A stretch of DNA of 64,000 bases from Candidatus Nomurabacteria bacterium (GCA_023898565.1 CP060228.1:240594-304593); one strand, 5' to 3'; shown: positions 1 to 12,874, counted from the first letter of the stretch. The notes: generated by a model not told the origin, from the sequence alone. A program made the numbers and translations.

Positions 1-1042
1 AAAACTCAGTAAGTAAATGCGAACCTCCATAACTCAAAAACGGCACGGTTGTTCCCGTCACTGGCAGCAAACCAATATTCATACCAATATGCACAAAAAA
101 ATGCGCCACAAATAGCATACATACCCCCGCAGCAAACAGACGCTCAAAATTGGTTGCACCATGTACCGCGCTACTGAGCAATCGCCACACCACCAAGCCA
201 AACAACGTAAAAAGCAACAACACACCAATAAGCCCCCATTCCTCAGCGTACGCTGCAAAAATGAAGTCGGTTTCATATTCAGGCAAAAAGAGCAACTTTG
301 ATTGTGTACCATATCCAATCCCCTTACCAAAAAGCTGACCAGATCCGATGGCTACTGTCGACTGATATGCATTGTATCCAGCCCCTTGAATATCTGATAG
401 CGGATCTAAGAACGTCATAATACGCTCTTTTTGATACGGCAAAAACACAAACTGCCACAAAATCCCAAACGCCACCGCGCCGAGTAAAAACACCGTCAGT
501 AAGTGCCGGAGTTTAATTCCTGAAACAAGCACCATCCCCAACCACACAAAGAAAAGAATAATTGCCGAGCCAAAGTCAGGCTGAATAAACACCAGGCCAA
601 AAATACCAAGTGCGTACATTCCCGAGACAATAATGTGTCTGAAGTCACCAATCAGCTCGTGTCGTTTGGCAAAATACTTCGCCAACACAATAATCAATAC
701 TAATTTAGCGGGATCGGATGGCTGGAATGAAAAGAAGCCTAAGTCAAAACGACTTTGCGCACCAAGCGTAATTTCACCAATCATAAGTACCAACAACAGC
801 AAACCAATAGTGAAAAGGTACAAGAAAAAGGCGGTGTTCCCCATTCTCAAAAAACGATAATCAGGCACCATTGCCACTAACAGTGCAATCGTTGCTGCCG
901 CAATCCAAATAAGCTGACGGTTGAAAAATTCATTATCGCCAACATGTGAGTACATGGTGACCAACCCCATGAGCGAAAGGCCAATCACACTGAGAAACAG
1001 CGTTACGTCAAACCCGCCAAAAAATGTTTTGAGTTGTCCCAT
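1..1042 (-). CDS. SEDS-family cell-cycle protein FtsW/RodA (C-terminus beyond window edge)
   Basis: Manual translation of the minus strand from ATG at 1040-1042 gives MGQLKTFFGG...PVTGTTVPFLSYGGSHLLTEF, an open frame to position 1. It is a multi-TM protein with the SEDS signature; it is absent from the ORF track only because it is edge-truncated. Confidence 0.8.
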   Translation of the reverse strand, partial: MGQLKTFFGGFDVTLFLSVIGLSLMGLVTMYSHVGDNEFFNRQLIWIAAATIALLVAMVPDYRFLRMGNTAFFLYLFTIGLLLLVLMIGEITLGAQSRFDLGFFSFQPSDPAKLVLIIVLAKYFAKRHELIGDFRHIIVSGMYALGIFGLVFIQPDFGSAIILFFVWLGMVLVSGIKLRHLLTVFLLGAVAFGILWQFVFLPYQKERIMTFLDPLSDIQGAGYNAYQSTVAIGSGQLFGKGIGYGTQSKLLFLPEYETDFIFAAYAEEWGLIGVLLLFTLFGLVVWRLLSSAVHGATNFERLFAAGVCMLFVAHFFVHIGMNIGLLPVTGTTVPFLSYGGSHLLTEF

Positions 1043-1087
1043 TATCTCATTGTACCCCTCTGGTGCAGCTCCAGGAACTTGCGCAAC

Positions 1088-2467
1088 CTACCGCACTTCT
1101 GCGAAATTAGTTTTCGGCTTAGCAATAATATCAATCTTGGTAGGCCCCGATTCACAAAGTGAAGACGTGATTTCAGCATAAATATCTGCCAAATCGGCAC
1201 CAGTTGGAGCAAAGTAGGCATTAGCCGGCTCACTCGCAATCTGATTGATAAACTGGCGGTCGACTCCAGCACCAAGGCCAATTGCGTACACTTCGATATT
1301 ATCTTTATTCAGTTCCGCAGCAGTTGTGACTGCTTCTGCCACTGCATCTTCATCTCCCGCAGCAGTTGGCAATCCATCCGTCAAAAGCACTAACACTCGA
1401 CGAGCGTCGTTGTTATGCTCCACTGCATTTAATTCGGACGCCGCCAGCGTGAGCGCAGCACTGGTGTTTGTAAATCCAGACTCTTCACTTGAAGCAATCT
1501 GCAAATCCATTAACGCACCAACCACACTATCCCGACTTGCGCCAAGTGGTGAAATCAATGTCGCCTCTGTAGCAAACGTAACAAGCGCAACCTGGTCTGT
1601 ATCTTTAAGCGCGCTCACAAACGTACTGGCAGCCTCTAGTGCTGCAGTCACTGGCTGTGGCGGATCCCCGCCATCATTGTTCATACTACCCGACAGGTCA
1701 ATCGCTACGGCCACATCGGTTGGAATAATACAGCTTTTTACAGTCTTGGCGATTGAGTTTGGCCACGTAAATACAATGTCTTTAGTGCCACGAGCTGGAA
1801 TTGACTCAACGTATGTCTTTGATGCGGTTACCGGAGTGCCTCCCTCATCGAAAATAGTCGCGATTACCTCAACGTCGCTCGCGCCCACTAGTTCGGTATT
1901 TTCAATGGTTACATCAAGACGAGGACTTTCGTCAGCGTCAGTCAGGTCGATATCAAGTGAGCGGAATTGATCACGCGCTACTGAAGCTGGTAACCACAAT
2001 GACGCTGGCTTTAGCGTGAGTGTTGTTTCAGTCACCGCTGTTGCGCCAGTAGTAAAAATCTTCCCTTCAAAAATGGGATAGACACTATTGGGAGGCAGTG
2101 CAATAACACCCTCTCGTGAAGCAAGTATCGTACCGTTGTTTTTGAGCTCTAGCACATATTTCAATTCCGGCACACCGGCGGTTTGATTGGTGTTTTCGAT
2201 ATACGCGACCGAATTATACTGACCAGGCGCAATCTCAAAACTTTGTGCCCACACTATCCGCGGTGGTACTACTGTCGCCGCACAAATCTGCACACAGCCA
2301 CCACCGCAATCCACGCCTGTCTCTGCCCCATTCATCACTCCATCAAGACACGTAGGAGCTTGATAAAAATTAACATAATATGCAAACGCACCCACGAGCA
2401 ACCAAAACAACAAAAAGCCAGAACCATACTGTACTCTTCTTGCCACTGCCCAAGGTCTAATGCTCAT
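1088..2467 (-). CDS. membrane-anchored von Willebrand factor type A (VWA) domain protein
   Basis: N-terminal TM segment; VAIDLSGSMNNDGG...ALVTFATEATL...VLVLLTDGLPT matches a VWA MIDAS-type motif (DxSxS...T...D). Confidence 0.7.
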   Translation of the reverse strand: MSIRPWAVARRVQYGSGFLLFWLLVGAFAYYVNFYQAPTCLDGVMNGAETGVDCGGGCVQICAATVVPPRIVWAQSFEIAPGQYNSVAYIENTNQTAGVPELKYVLELKNNGTILASREGVIALPPNSVYPIFEGKIFTTGATAVTETTLTLKPASLWLPASVARDQFRSLDIDLTDADESPRLDVTIENTELVGASDVEVIATIFDEGGTPVTASKTYVESIPARGTKDIVFTWPNSIAKTVKSCIIPTDVAVAIDLSGSMNNDGGDPPQPVTAALEAASTFVSALKDTDQVALVTFATEATLISPLGASRDSVVGALMDLQIASSEESGFTNTSAALTLAASELNAVEHNNDARRVLVLLTDGLPTAAGDEDAVAEAVTTAAELNKDNIEVYAIGLGAGVDRQFINQIASEPANAYFAPTGADLADIYAEITSSLCESGPTKIDIIAKPKTNFAEVR

Positions 2468-2543
2468 GTGCCTTATTGTATCAGGTAAAACAAAGCGAAG
2501 AACGTTGCCCTATGCACAAAACTGCCACCGTCTGATAATTTTG

Positions 2544-5156
2544 CTATATCTCCTCGACCGTTCCAGTCGTTTCAATAACAGCCGTGTCAGTAAATATAGT
2601 AGAACCATCAACCGCGACACAGCGGAGTATAAATTCTGATTTGTTATTGATTGGTCCCACATTACTTAGCGTTCCGCTCGTGACTAAACCGCCGGAGTAA
2701 ACTGTTTGAGGTCCGCCTAAAGACGGCCCTTCAATTTCACAACTGCCAATATACCCGGCACCATTAAGATCCCAGTGTAGATCAATAGCATTGCCCGCTC
2801 GTACCAAACGATCCGGATCAGTTGTTAGTGAAATGTCTGGATCAGGGTACCCAACATAAATTTGGCGCATAAAAATATTGTCATCTTCGTTTGATTCAAG
2901 AACATCATCATCAGCATCAACTAAAATCTCTACCATATGTGGGCCAGGCGGAATATCGCTGCCCAGGTTGATTGATTGTGTTCCGGTATCGCTACCGTTC
3001 ATTATTGAGGGAATAGATACGTTTACAACCTCATCAAAACCTCCACCGCCATAATCAATGTTGAATCTTAACACTGACTCGAGCGCCTCAGTAGTTCCAT
3101 CATTAAAAATATTGTAATTAATAGTGAAGTAGTCATAATGGCCTGTCGTCCGATCAAAGGTAACTGAAGTTGCCAAGCTGCCAACATCAGCAGAAAGGTT
3201 AGGAGCTGGTGGAGCTTCCGAAATGGTAAACGGATATGAGGCGCAATTGTTCGACTCATCGAGTTCTGATACGCTATCAAATCCAAAATCAAGATCGACT
3301 GCGTCAGCGCAGACGTACAAGACATGCGAGCCGACCACTGCCGTTGACCAAGTGGTACTAGTCGAATATGTCATGCCATTGGCCAAACGACCCGTATTAC
3401 TATCACCATGGACTCGGCCAATGTTACTAGTAGCACAGTTTGGATTATCAACGCAAAATCGAACTAAACTGTTCAAACCATACGACCGAACACCATTTAA
3501 ACCACCAGCAAATAAATACTGTTGATTGCCGTACTCATAACTTACATGTGCATAGCCAGAGGTTTTTCCACCAGCATGCCCCACCAATTGAGCACTGTAC
3601 GGCACCGACACATCAACAGCGTTGACTCCGGCAAAACCAGTCACGTTGCCAACAAAAGCATAGCGATCATTGTGAGAAATGCCTCCTCCATACAGCAAAT
3701 TTGAATTCGTAGAGAAGTCACTGAAGTCGATACGATCAAGTAAGATAAGGTTAGCAGGATCGCTTACATCAACCACCGCGAAATCATCGGATCCATTGAG
3801 CGATATGTACAGCGTGTCATCCCCAAATAAGTCAATTTTGTTTACACCAACCGGGCTAAGGTCCGGCAAATCCAGCTCATTAACCAAGGCCAGAGAATTC
3901 AAGTCGTATACTTTTAGCTTTGTTCCTCCTGACACTGGAACCGATAATTTATACAAAAAACCATTGCCGACCGTGAAATTTGGTACGGTATCTGCTTCAG
4001 TAATAGAAGCTGTTTTGACTGGGTTAACTGGATCAGTGATGTCGAAAACCTCTAGATTTTCCATCGGGAAACCAGCATTACCATTGGCTGTTCCTGTAAA
4101 TAAGTAACTTTCGTCAATCTTTAGCACCTCAAATGAAGGCAAGGCTGTGGTAAACGTATTAACTAACACTGGATTAGTTGGATTTGAAATATCATAAATT
4201 TTGACATTATCGACATTTCCGCGCGCACCGATATAAGCGTAATTGCCCCGCACTTCAATCTGATTTGGATAATCACCGCCTGGCACTACCACACCGCCAA
4301 CTTTTATAATATTTTCCGGATCTGAAACATCATAAATACGTAAACCTTCTGCAGAAATAGTGTAGACCGCCGCATACAAGTAATTTCCGACCTGGACCAT
4401 GTCATACACACCACCATCCGCATACATATTTTCTGACTCACTTGCCACTCGATAGCCATAGGTATTTTCTGTTGTCATTGAGTCTGCAATATTGCGAATA
4501 TCTGCACTAAAGGTAATTTGCTCTCCCTCTTGCAGCAAACCAACCACAGAAACGTTTTCTACCACTATATCCGGGGCTGTAAAAACAGGACCCAGACAAG
4601 CACTAGCTGAACCAGTAACCCCAGGAGCATTACCACCATCATTACCAAAATCAATCCAACCAACTACCGAAGATCCCCATGCCCAACCACTCCAGTCACA
4701 AGAATTATCAACCGCTACGCCATACGGCGCACCATCCAAGGCCGTTCCAGAAAGACTTATCCAACCGTCCCAGCCGCCACTGTTCACTCCGGCGGCTACC
4801 GCAGACAATGCTCGCGCCCATCCAGTAACTACGCCTGTAGCACGATTTAATTGAGCCACGCAGCTGCCGCTTGGACAACCGCTTAAATCACCTCGGTCAA
4901 AGCTAATCCAACCAACATGTTCGCTCCAAGCATAGCCTGAGATTGTTCCTAGTGTGTTTACCGTTACGCCATAGTCTGGGCTAGCAGGTACATCTAGACT
5001 ATTCATCGAAATCCAGCCAATGTTTTCACTCCACGCGTAGCCAGACACATTATCGGTTGCAGCTGCCTCTACCACAATAGGTTGAACAGCAGCGACAAGA
5101 GTTGCCAGCAAGAAAGCCGCTGGAAAAAGAGTCGTAAATATTTTGGTAAGAGACAT
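2544..5156 (-). CDS. giant secreted repeat protein (N-terminal GYAWSE-x-GWISF repeats, CARDB-like segment, LVIVD-type beta-propeller repeats)
   Basis: Signal peptide; repeated SGYAWSENIGWISMNS / SGYAWSEHVGWISFD / WDGWISLSG motifs; repeated [LVI]x[IV][YF]D[IV]SDPxNP units (LRIYDVSDPENI, VKIYDISNPTNPV, LEVFDITDPVNPV, FAVVDVSDPANL) typical of LVIVD repeats. Confidence 0.65.
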   Translation of the reverse strand: MSLTKIFTTLFPAAFLLATLVAAVQPIVVEAAATDNVSGYAWSENIGWISMNSLDVPASPDYGVTVNTLGTISGYAWSEHVGWISFDRGDLSGCPSGSCVAQLNRATGVVTGWARALSAVAAGVNSGGWDGWISLSGTALDGAPYGVAVDNSCDWSGWAWGSSVVGWIDFGNDGGNAPGVTGSASACLGPVFTAPDIVVENVSVVGLLQEGEQITFSADIRNIADSMTTENTYGYRVASESENMYADGGVYDMVQVGNYLYAAVYTISAEGLRIYDVSDPENIIKVGGVVVPGGDYPNQIEVRGNYAYIGARGNVDNVKIYDISNPTNPVLVNTFTTALPSFEVLKIDESYLFTGTANGNAGFPMENLEVFDITDPVNPVKTASITEADTVPNFTVGNGFLYKLSVPVSGGTKLKVYDLNSLALVNELDLPDLSPVGVNKIDLFGDDTLYISLNGSDDFAVVDVSDPANLILLDRIDFSDFSTNSNLLYGGGISHNDRYAFVGNVTGFAGVNAVDVSVPYSAQLVGHAGGKTSGYAHVSYEYGNQQYLFAGGLNGVRSYGLNSLVRFCVDNPNCATSNIGRVHGDSNTGRLANGMTYSTSTTWSTAVVGSHVLYVCADAVDLDFGFDSVSELDESNNCASYPFTISEAPPAPNLSADVGSLATSVTFDRTTGHYDYFTINYNIFNDGTTEALESVLRFNIDYGGGGFDEVVNVSIPSIMNGSDTGTQSINLGSDIPPGPHMVEILVDADDDVLESNEDDNIFMRQIYVGYPDPDISLTTDPDRLVRAGNAIDLHWDLNGAGYIGSCEIEGPSLGGPQTVYSGGLVTSGTLSNVGPINNKSEFILRCVAVDGSTIFTDTAVIETTGTVEEI

Positions 5157-5293
5157 ATGATTACATTATCCCTAGCATTGTACCACCAGCGCAACACAGC
5201 GCTCAGCAGACTATCCACCCAGGAAACACGCCTTGCATGTGTGTGAGTACCTATTACAAACAAAAACCCGCCACATTCGTGGCAGGGAGCTCA

Positions 5294-5719
5294 TCACTTG
5301 AGCTCAACACCGTCCCAGGGGCGATGATCCACCCAGACGTTGCCCTTGCGGGTCAAAATGAGATTTTGGCAGCTGTTCGTCACATGAAGCGTGCCGTCGG
5401 CGGACAGTGTGCCTTTTGCCGGAGTGAAGTTCCGGCAGGCCGGATTGTTCTTGCTGCGGAAGTTGATTTGGCCTTCGAATCCATCAGCGGTTTGCTTGCT
5501 GATCTCGAGCGTCATCCATCCCCGCGCATTTCCATCTCGCCAGTTGCCGTTCAGCTCACTAGGGAGCGTCACCGCTTGGCTGCCAGAGCCCAGCTTCACC
5601 GCCTGCAGGCCGGAGCCAACAGCCGATGACCTGGTTTGAGTGGTCGTACACGCCGCCAGAAACAGCGAGAACGCGACACACATGAAAGCGGCAAAAAGAC
5701 CGCGGAACTTGGTTGCCAT
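5294..5719 (-). CDS. small lipoprotein, hypothetical
   Basis: Signal peptide with lipobox (FLAAC); preferred over the overlapping antisense plus-strand ORF. Confidence 0.5.
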   Translation of the reverse strand: MATKFRGLFAAFMCVAFSLFLAACTTTQTRSSAVGSGLQAVKLGSGSQAVTLPSELNGNWRDGNARGWMTLEISKQTADGFEGQINFRSKNNPACRNFTPAKGTLSADGTLHVTNSCQNLILTRKGNVWVDHRPWDGVELK

Positions 5720-5830
5720 GACTTTACCCTCCTTAGCAGGTGTAATTAGGCACTTGCACTATAACACACATTACGATACTAGCAATAGCTTCCCTTGCTG
5801 TACACAAGATATCAGCTGCCACTTCACACA

Positions 5831-5855
5831 AAAAAACCGCCCTAAGGCGGTTTTT
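5831..5855 (-). terminator. intrinsic terminator downstream of 5S rRNA
   Basis: aaaaaaccgccctaaggcggttttt hairpin with a U-tract on the minus strand. Confidence 0.6.
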
Positions 5856-5873
5856 AGGAGTATTAAAAGCTTT

Positions 5874-5984
5874 ATGTTGGCGCCTACCTACTCTTCCGCT
5901 TGCGCAGTACCATTGGTGGTAGAAGACTTTACTTCCGTGTTCGGAATGAGAACGGGTGTACCCCTTCCCCCAAAGCACCAACAT
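5874..5984 (-). rRNA. rrf: 5S rRNA
   Basis: Reverse complement reads TGTTGGTGC...CCGAACACGGAAGTAAAG...GCGCCAACA, with helix I pairing and conserved 5S loop motifs. Confidence 0.85.
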
Positions 5985-6046
5985 AAAACTTTCAAATTAA
6001 TCGTCGCTACGCTCGTGTGAAATGGTCCCGACAAAAGAACAAGGAA

Positions 6047-6118
6047 GAGGGGGAAGCAGGATTTGAACCTGCGACCTCTGGTGGTGAACCAGTGCTCTGC
6101 CAAACTGAGCTATTCCGC
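6047..6118 (-). tRNA. tRNA with non-canonical anticodon arm; anticodon probably CAC (Val?), identity uncertain
   Basis: Reverse complement GGCGGAATAGCTCAGTTTGGCAGAGC ACTGG TTCACCA CCAGA GGTC GCAGGTTCAAATCCTGC TTCCCCC T shows canonical D and T arms (GGTTCAAATCC). The anticodon stem has only 4 bp plus an A.A pair, position 37 is C, and there is a C3.C70 acceptor mismatch. No CCA is encoded. Confidence 0.55.
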
Positions 6119-6131
6119 CCGTTGTCGGGAA

Positions 6132-6208
6132 ATGGTCGGAGTGACTGGATTTGAACCAGTGACCTCTAGCTTTTTACACTAGCGCTCTACCAGGCTGAGC
6201 TACCCTCC
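6132..6208 (-). tRNA. tRNA with encoded CCA; anticodon reads AAA (Phe?), identity uncertain
   Basis: Reverse complement CGGAGGG TA GCTC AGCCTGGTA GAGC G CTAGT GTAAAAA GCTAG AGGTC ACTGG TTCAAAT CCAGT CACTCCG A CCA. It has a C1:G72 pair and a G6.A67 mismatch; U33-AAA-A37 sits in a 7-nt loop. Confidence 0.55.
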
Positions 6209-6287
6209 GTTTGACCATTTCACACGATCGTATTTGCATATTCAAGAAGTTTCTTCGCTACTCAAAATCTATACATGATGTACAGCG

Positions 6288-9532
<3,245 letters not shown>

Positions 9533-9999
9533 AACGCTATACACCGCTGTATAGATTTTGAGTGTCGCCCGCGCCTACCGGCGCGGGCATTACTGATGTG
9601 TGTCGGGGACGAAAAGACCTGAGCGGTTGCAACACCAAACTCATTTCTTAACCCGACACACTACCTGTGCTTGATGCTTCTGGGCTTGCGACCAGTCACA
9701 CCAAGCGGTGCCTACCGGGCGTCGATTCCACGGTAGGACTTTTCGAAGTCAGACCTTATCAATCTGACTTCTTGAATATGCAATTTTCAACGATCGCGCA
9801 TCCCCTTGAACTTTGGAAGAAAAAAGCCGCGGTGTCGCGGCAAGAAAATCACGAGTGACTCTCTTACTACGACTGAGCTTTAACTCCAAACTTCATAAAT
9901 ACGTGCCCGCTATCTTATACGAATAAAAAATAAAGTCAAGCATTTATTCTGGATATTTATCCTCGGTTCTATCAACAGTTTTTCCCCACCGAAAAATTG

Positions 10000-10716
10000 C
10001 TAGTTTTTGTGTGCCTTCGAACGATTTTGCTGCTCAATCACTCGCTTTAAATCACTAATTTCTTTGTTGTGCACAAACATTGTGGTAACACGGGCGACAA
10101 AAATCATAAATAAAATCGTCCCCAACAAACTCACTATGCCACCAAATACTTTTCCTTGTGGAGATGACGGAATTACATCGCCATAGCCAATGGTAGTGAT
10201 GGTAATCACCGCCCACCACAGTGAGTCATACAAAGACGTGATTGAGCCATCAAACCGCATCTCCACCTGCCACATGATAAACGCAGTGCTGACAATAAAT
10301 ATGCTTATGGTGATGAGAATGTACTCGATGTTATACACCAATTCCCGAGCACTCTTGCGCAACTTTGCGACACTCTTTTGCAACCGAAGAAAACGCAACA
10401 GACTCACCAGCCGCGATAGTCGCATTAAGCGAAGCGATAGAAATACGGGCATGACCGTGATTACTACCAACGACCAGTTTCTTTTCAGCATCGCCAACTT
10501 GCTCTTAGCGACGGCAAATTTTGCAAACAATTCTAAATAAAATGTTGACCAAATGAGTACGTTGAGAAGAGCAAAAACGCGCACCCACGTGTCTGGCAGC
10601 GCAAACAATGCGGGGACAGCAAGTGTCAGCGCCAAACAGACCGTGACCACCAGCATCGGCAACTCAAACCAATCTTCAACCAAACGTTCTCTGGCGGTTA
10701 ACCGGATCGTATTCAT
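10000..10716 (-). CDS. voltage-gated-type K+ channel (6TM: S4-like voltage sensor plus TIGYGD pore)
   Basis: RLMRLSRLVSLLRFLRL has an Arg every third residue, as in an S4 helix. A pore helix plus the selectivity filter TIGYGD is present, with flanking TM helices. Confidence 0.8.
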   Translation of the reverse strand: MNTIRLTARERLVEDWFELPMLVVTVCLALTLAVPALFALPDTWVRVFALLNVLIWSTFYLELFAKFAVAKSKLAMLKRNWSLVVITVMPVFLSLRLMRLSRLVSLLRFLRLQKSVAKLRKSARELVYNIEYILITISIFIVSTAFIMWQVEMRFDGSITSLYDSLWWAVITITTIGYGDVIPSSPQGKVFGGIVSLLGTILFMIFVARVTTMFVHNKEISDLKRVIEQQNRSKAHKN

Positions 10717-10770
10717 GTTTTTAGTCTAGCATTGACTAAACTGGAGACACTTATAATGTGCACACTAAGC

Positions 10771-10805
10771 AAAAGCACCGGCCAAAATTTGGCCGGTGCT
10801 TTTGC
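10771..10805 (-). terminator. intrinsic terminator
   Basis: agcaccggccaaaatttggccggtgct hairpin followed by tttgc. Confidence 0.55.
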
Positions 10806-11447
10806 TTACCGAAAGGTACTATGACTCATCACCTCATCACGTACACCGATTTTATCTACCAATACTTGATGTGTGTAATCAAAGAAATCTCGTGTGAGTT
10901 TGTCGTACATTCCTACTCGATACATGAGATCTTCCGACGACATCGCCGCAAACCGAATTTCAATACCAATCTCTGCTTCCAAAGAACGAATCGCCTTTTC
11001 CACTTTTGCTTGCGAGAATTTCTTCATTGCCAAAAGCACGTCGAGCCGCTGTTCGAAGTCGCGCACAAACACACCGCTTACGCCAACAAAATCAAGCACA
11101 CCAGCTTGACGCAAGTGTTTTAAAAGATTCTTCCCATCAATCGGCGCTGTTTCAAATAAGAAAGTTTGTAGGGCCTGAAGTTCAGGGAAATCTTTGTTGA
11201 CCGAATAGCCAATCGCCTTCATCTTTTTTGCCTTTCCTTCCACTTCAATATAGATAGTTTTTTGCTTAATCACCTCGGCTTTTTCAAGCGCATTCATTTC
11301 AGTGCGTGCAGTACGACGAACAAGCTTAGCGCGCTTGCTAATATCGTCGAACGAAAATTCCTTAGACGGATTAAACAGGAAAAAGCGGAGTAGTTTCACC
11401 CGAGCGGTGCTGCCAAACAGAATGGATAATGGATCGCGCGCTGCCAT
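10806..11447 (-). CDS. hypothetical protein with N-terminal winged-helix-like segment
   Basis: Long ORF; the N-terminus SILFGSTARVKLLRFFLFNPSKEFSFDDISKR resembles a wHTH. No further match recognised. Confidence 0.45.
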   Translation of the reverse strand: MAARDPLSILFGSTARVKLLRFFLFNPSKEFSFDDISKRAKLVRRTARTEMNALEKAEVIKQKTIYIEVEGKAKKMKAIGYSVNKDFPELQALQTFLFETAPIDGKNLLKHLRQAGVLDFVGVSGVFVRDFEQRLDVLLAMKKFSQAKVEKAIRSLEAEIGIEIRFAAMSSEDLMYRVGMYDKLTRDFFDYTHQVLVDKIGVRDEVMSHSTFR

Positions 11448-11524
11448 ACAGAATTACGTGCAGCGATTATAGCACAGCTTTTCGGTGGACAGTGTGAGAA
11501 GAAAATGTCGTGGTGCAATGCAAT

Positions 11525-11558
11525 AAAACCGGCGGGCCCTTCGGGCCCGCCGGTTTTA
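11525..11558. terminator. bidirectional intrinsic terminator
   Basis: aaaaccggcgggcccttcgggcccgccggtttta. Confidence 0.6.
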
Positions 11559-11746
11559 TATCAAATTACTAACGTAATTATTCAAGGGTAACTTTTGCTC
11601 CCTCACAAGTTACTAAGTGTTCTCACCAGCTTCGCTGGCTGTGAGCACTAAGTACTTGCGAGCCCGTCTCGCTGATTTGTCGCCCTAGGAAATGAGCTCC
11701 TCATATCGCTGCGGCTCTGGAGCAAAGGTGAATGAAATACAGTCTT

Positions 11747-11773
11747 TAAAAAACTGTCCTTTGGGCAGTTTTT
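11747..11773 (-). terminator. terminator after rplL
   Basis: aaaaaactgtcctttgggcagtttttt. Confidence 0.6.
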
Positions 11774-11781
11774 TAATTGAC

Positions 11782-12249
11782 TTATTTCAATGTCACCTTG
11801 GCTCCAGCTTCTTCAAGCTTAGCCTTAAGTGCCTCAGCGTCTTCTTTCTTCATGTTTTCCTTCACTACTGCTGGAGCGCCGTCTACCATTTCCTTAGCCT
11901 CCTTAAGTCCGAGACCAAGTACTTCCTTCACTACCTTGATAACAGCAATCTTCTGAGCACCAGCTTCAGTAAGTTCAACAGTGAATTCAGACTGTTCTTC
12001 ACCAGCGTCGCCAGCGGCTGCTGGACCGGCTACTGCAACAGCTGCTGCTGATACACCAAACTTCTTCTCAAATACCTTTACGAGTTCGTGTAGCTCGAGA
12101 ACGCTCATCTTTTCGATAGCTTCTACGATGCTCTTGAACTGGGCAGGAACTTCTACTTCTTCAGTAGTTTCTTCTGCTACTACTTCAGCGGCTGCTGGAG
12201 CGGCAGTTTCAGTAGTTTCTTCTACCTTTGTTTCATTTTCTTCACTCAT
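11782..12249 (-). CDS. rplL: 50S ribosomal protein bL12 (L7/L12) with acidic N-terminal extension
   Basis: The C-terminal domain [56 protein letters not shown] and the N-terminal dimerisation helix [28 protein letters not shown] are both present. The start is taken at M15 of the track ORF (ATG 12247-12249). Confidence 0.85.
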   Translation of the reverse strand: MSEENETKVEETTETAAPAAAEVVAEETTEEVEVPAQFKSIVEAIEKMSVLELHELVKVFEKKFGVSAAAVAVAGPAAAGDAGEEQSEFTVELTEAGAQKIAVIKVVKEVLGLGLKEAKEMVDGAPAVVKENMKKEDAEALKAKLEEAGAKVTLK

Positions 12250-12385
12250 GATAATTTTTAGTTTAGTTCTATAGTCAGAGCGTTCCAGCAATTTGCTTTA
12301 GTAAAGAAGCAAATTGGGAACTAAATTCAGAATAGTCGCTTGCGCTCCTTTCTTCATTTATCTTCTGACATAATCTAGAATTTAA

Positions 12386-12874
12386 TTATGCACCTTTCTT
12401 CTCAGCTACAGCGTTGAGAACAATCGCGAGCCCCTGAATAGGTGAATTAATAACGTTGACGAACATACCACGAAGCACTGGAAGCGCTGGGATTGAAGCA
12501 ATCTCAGTCATTTCAGCTGCATCCTTGAATACGCCCTGGAAGACTCCACCTGCAATTGAGATGTTGTCCTTATACTTTCCTGCAAACTCTTTGATCTGCT
12601 GCGCTGGAGTGATGGCGTCGGCGCTGTATGCCACCGCGATCTCTCCCTCAAGTTCAGGCATAGTGCCCTCAAACGCTTCACCAAACGTACGCTTCATCAG
12701 CGTCTTCTTAGCCACAAAGTAGCCAACGCCCTGTTCGCGAAGCTGTGAACGCATTGCAGTTGTGTCAGCCACGGTCATCCCGTTGAACTTCACAAACACA
12801 ATTGACTCTGAGTCAGCCTTTACGCCATCAAGTTTTGCAAGAATGTCTTGTTTTTTTGCTTTTGTAATTGCCAT
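12386..12874 (-). CDS. rplJ: 50S ribosomal protein uL10
   Basis: MAITKAKKQDILAKL...; start taken at M28 of the track ORF (ATG 12872-12874). It lies immediately upstream of rplL. Confidence 0.85.
   Translation of the reverse strand: MAITKAKKQDILAKLDGVKADSESIVFVKFNGMTVADTTAMRSQLREQGVGYFVAKKTLMKRTFGEAFEGTMPELEGEIAVAYSADAITPAQQIKEFAGKYKDNISIAGGVFQGVFKDAAEMTEIASIPALPVLRGMFVNVINSPIQGLAIVLNAVAEKKGA

Noticed and set aside
1245-1970. 241-aa plus-strand ORF antisense to the VWA gene; similar antisense ORFs elsewhere (3223-4107, 4492-4854, 17351-18016, 20215-21345, 23683-24258, 26517-26978, 42571-43269).
   Set aside because: They are antisense to well-supported genes with recognisable domains and have low-complexity Ser/Ala/Thr-rich translations typical of the GC-skewed opposite strand.
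5237-5629. Plus-strand 130-aa ORF overlapping the minus-strand lipoprotein ORF.
   Set aside because: The minus-strand ORF has a clear lipoprotein signal peptide and downstream hairpin; the plus-strand translation has no features.
9533-10000. Possible 16S rRNA upstream of the 23S.
   Set aside because: No 16S-like sequence: no anti-SD GGATCACCTCCTT and no conserved 16S blocks. The region is an A/T-rich leader followed by a protein gene.
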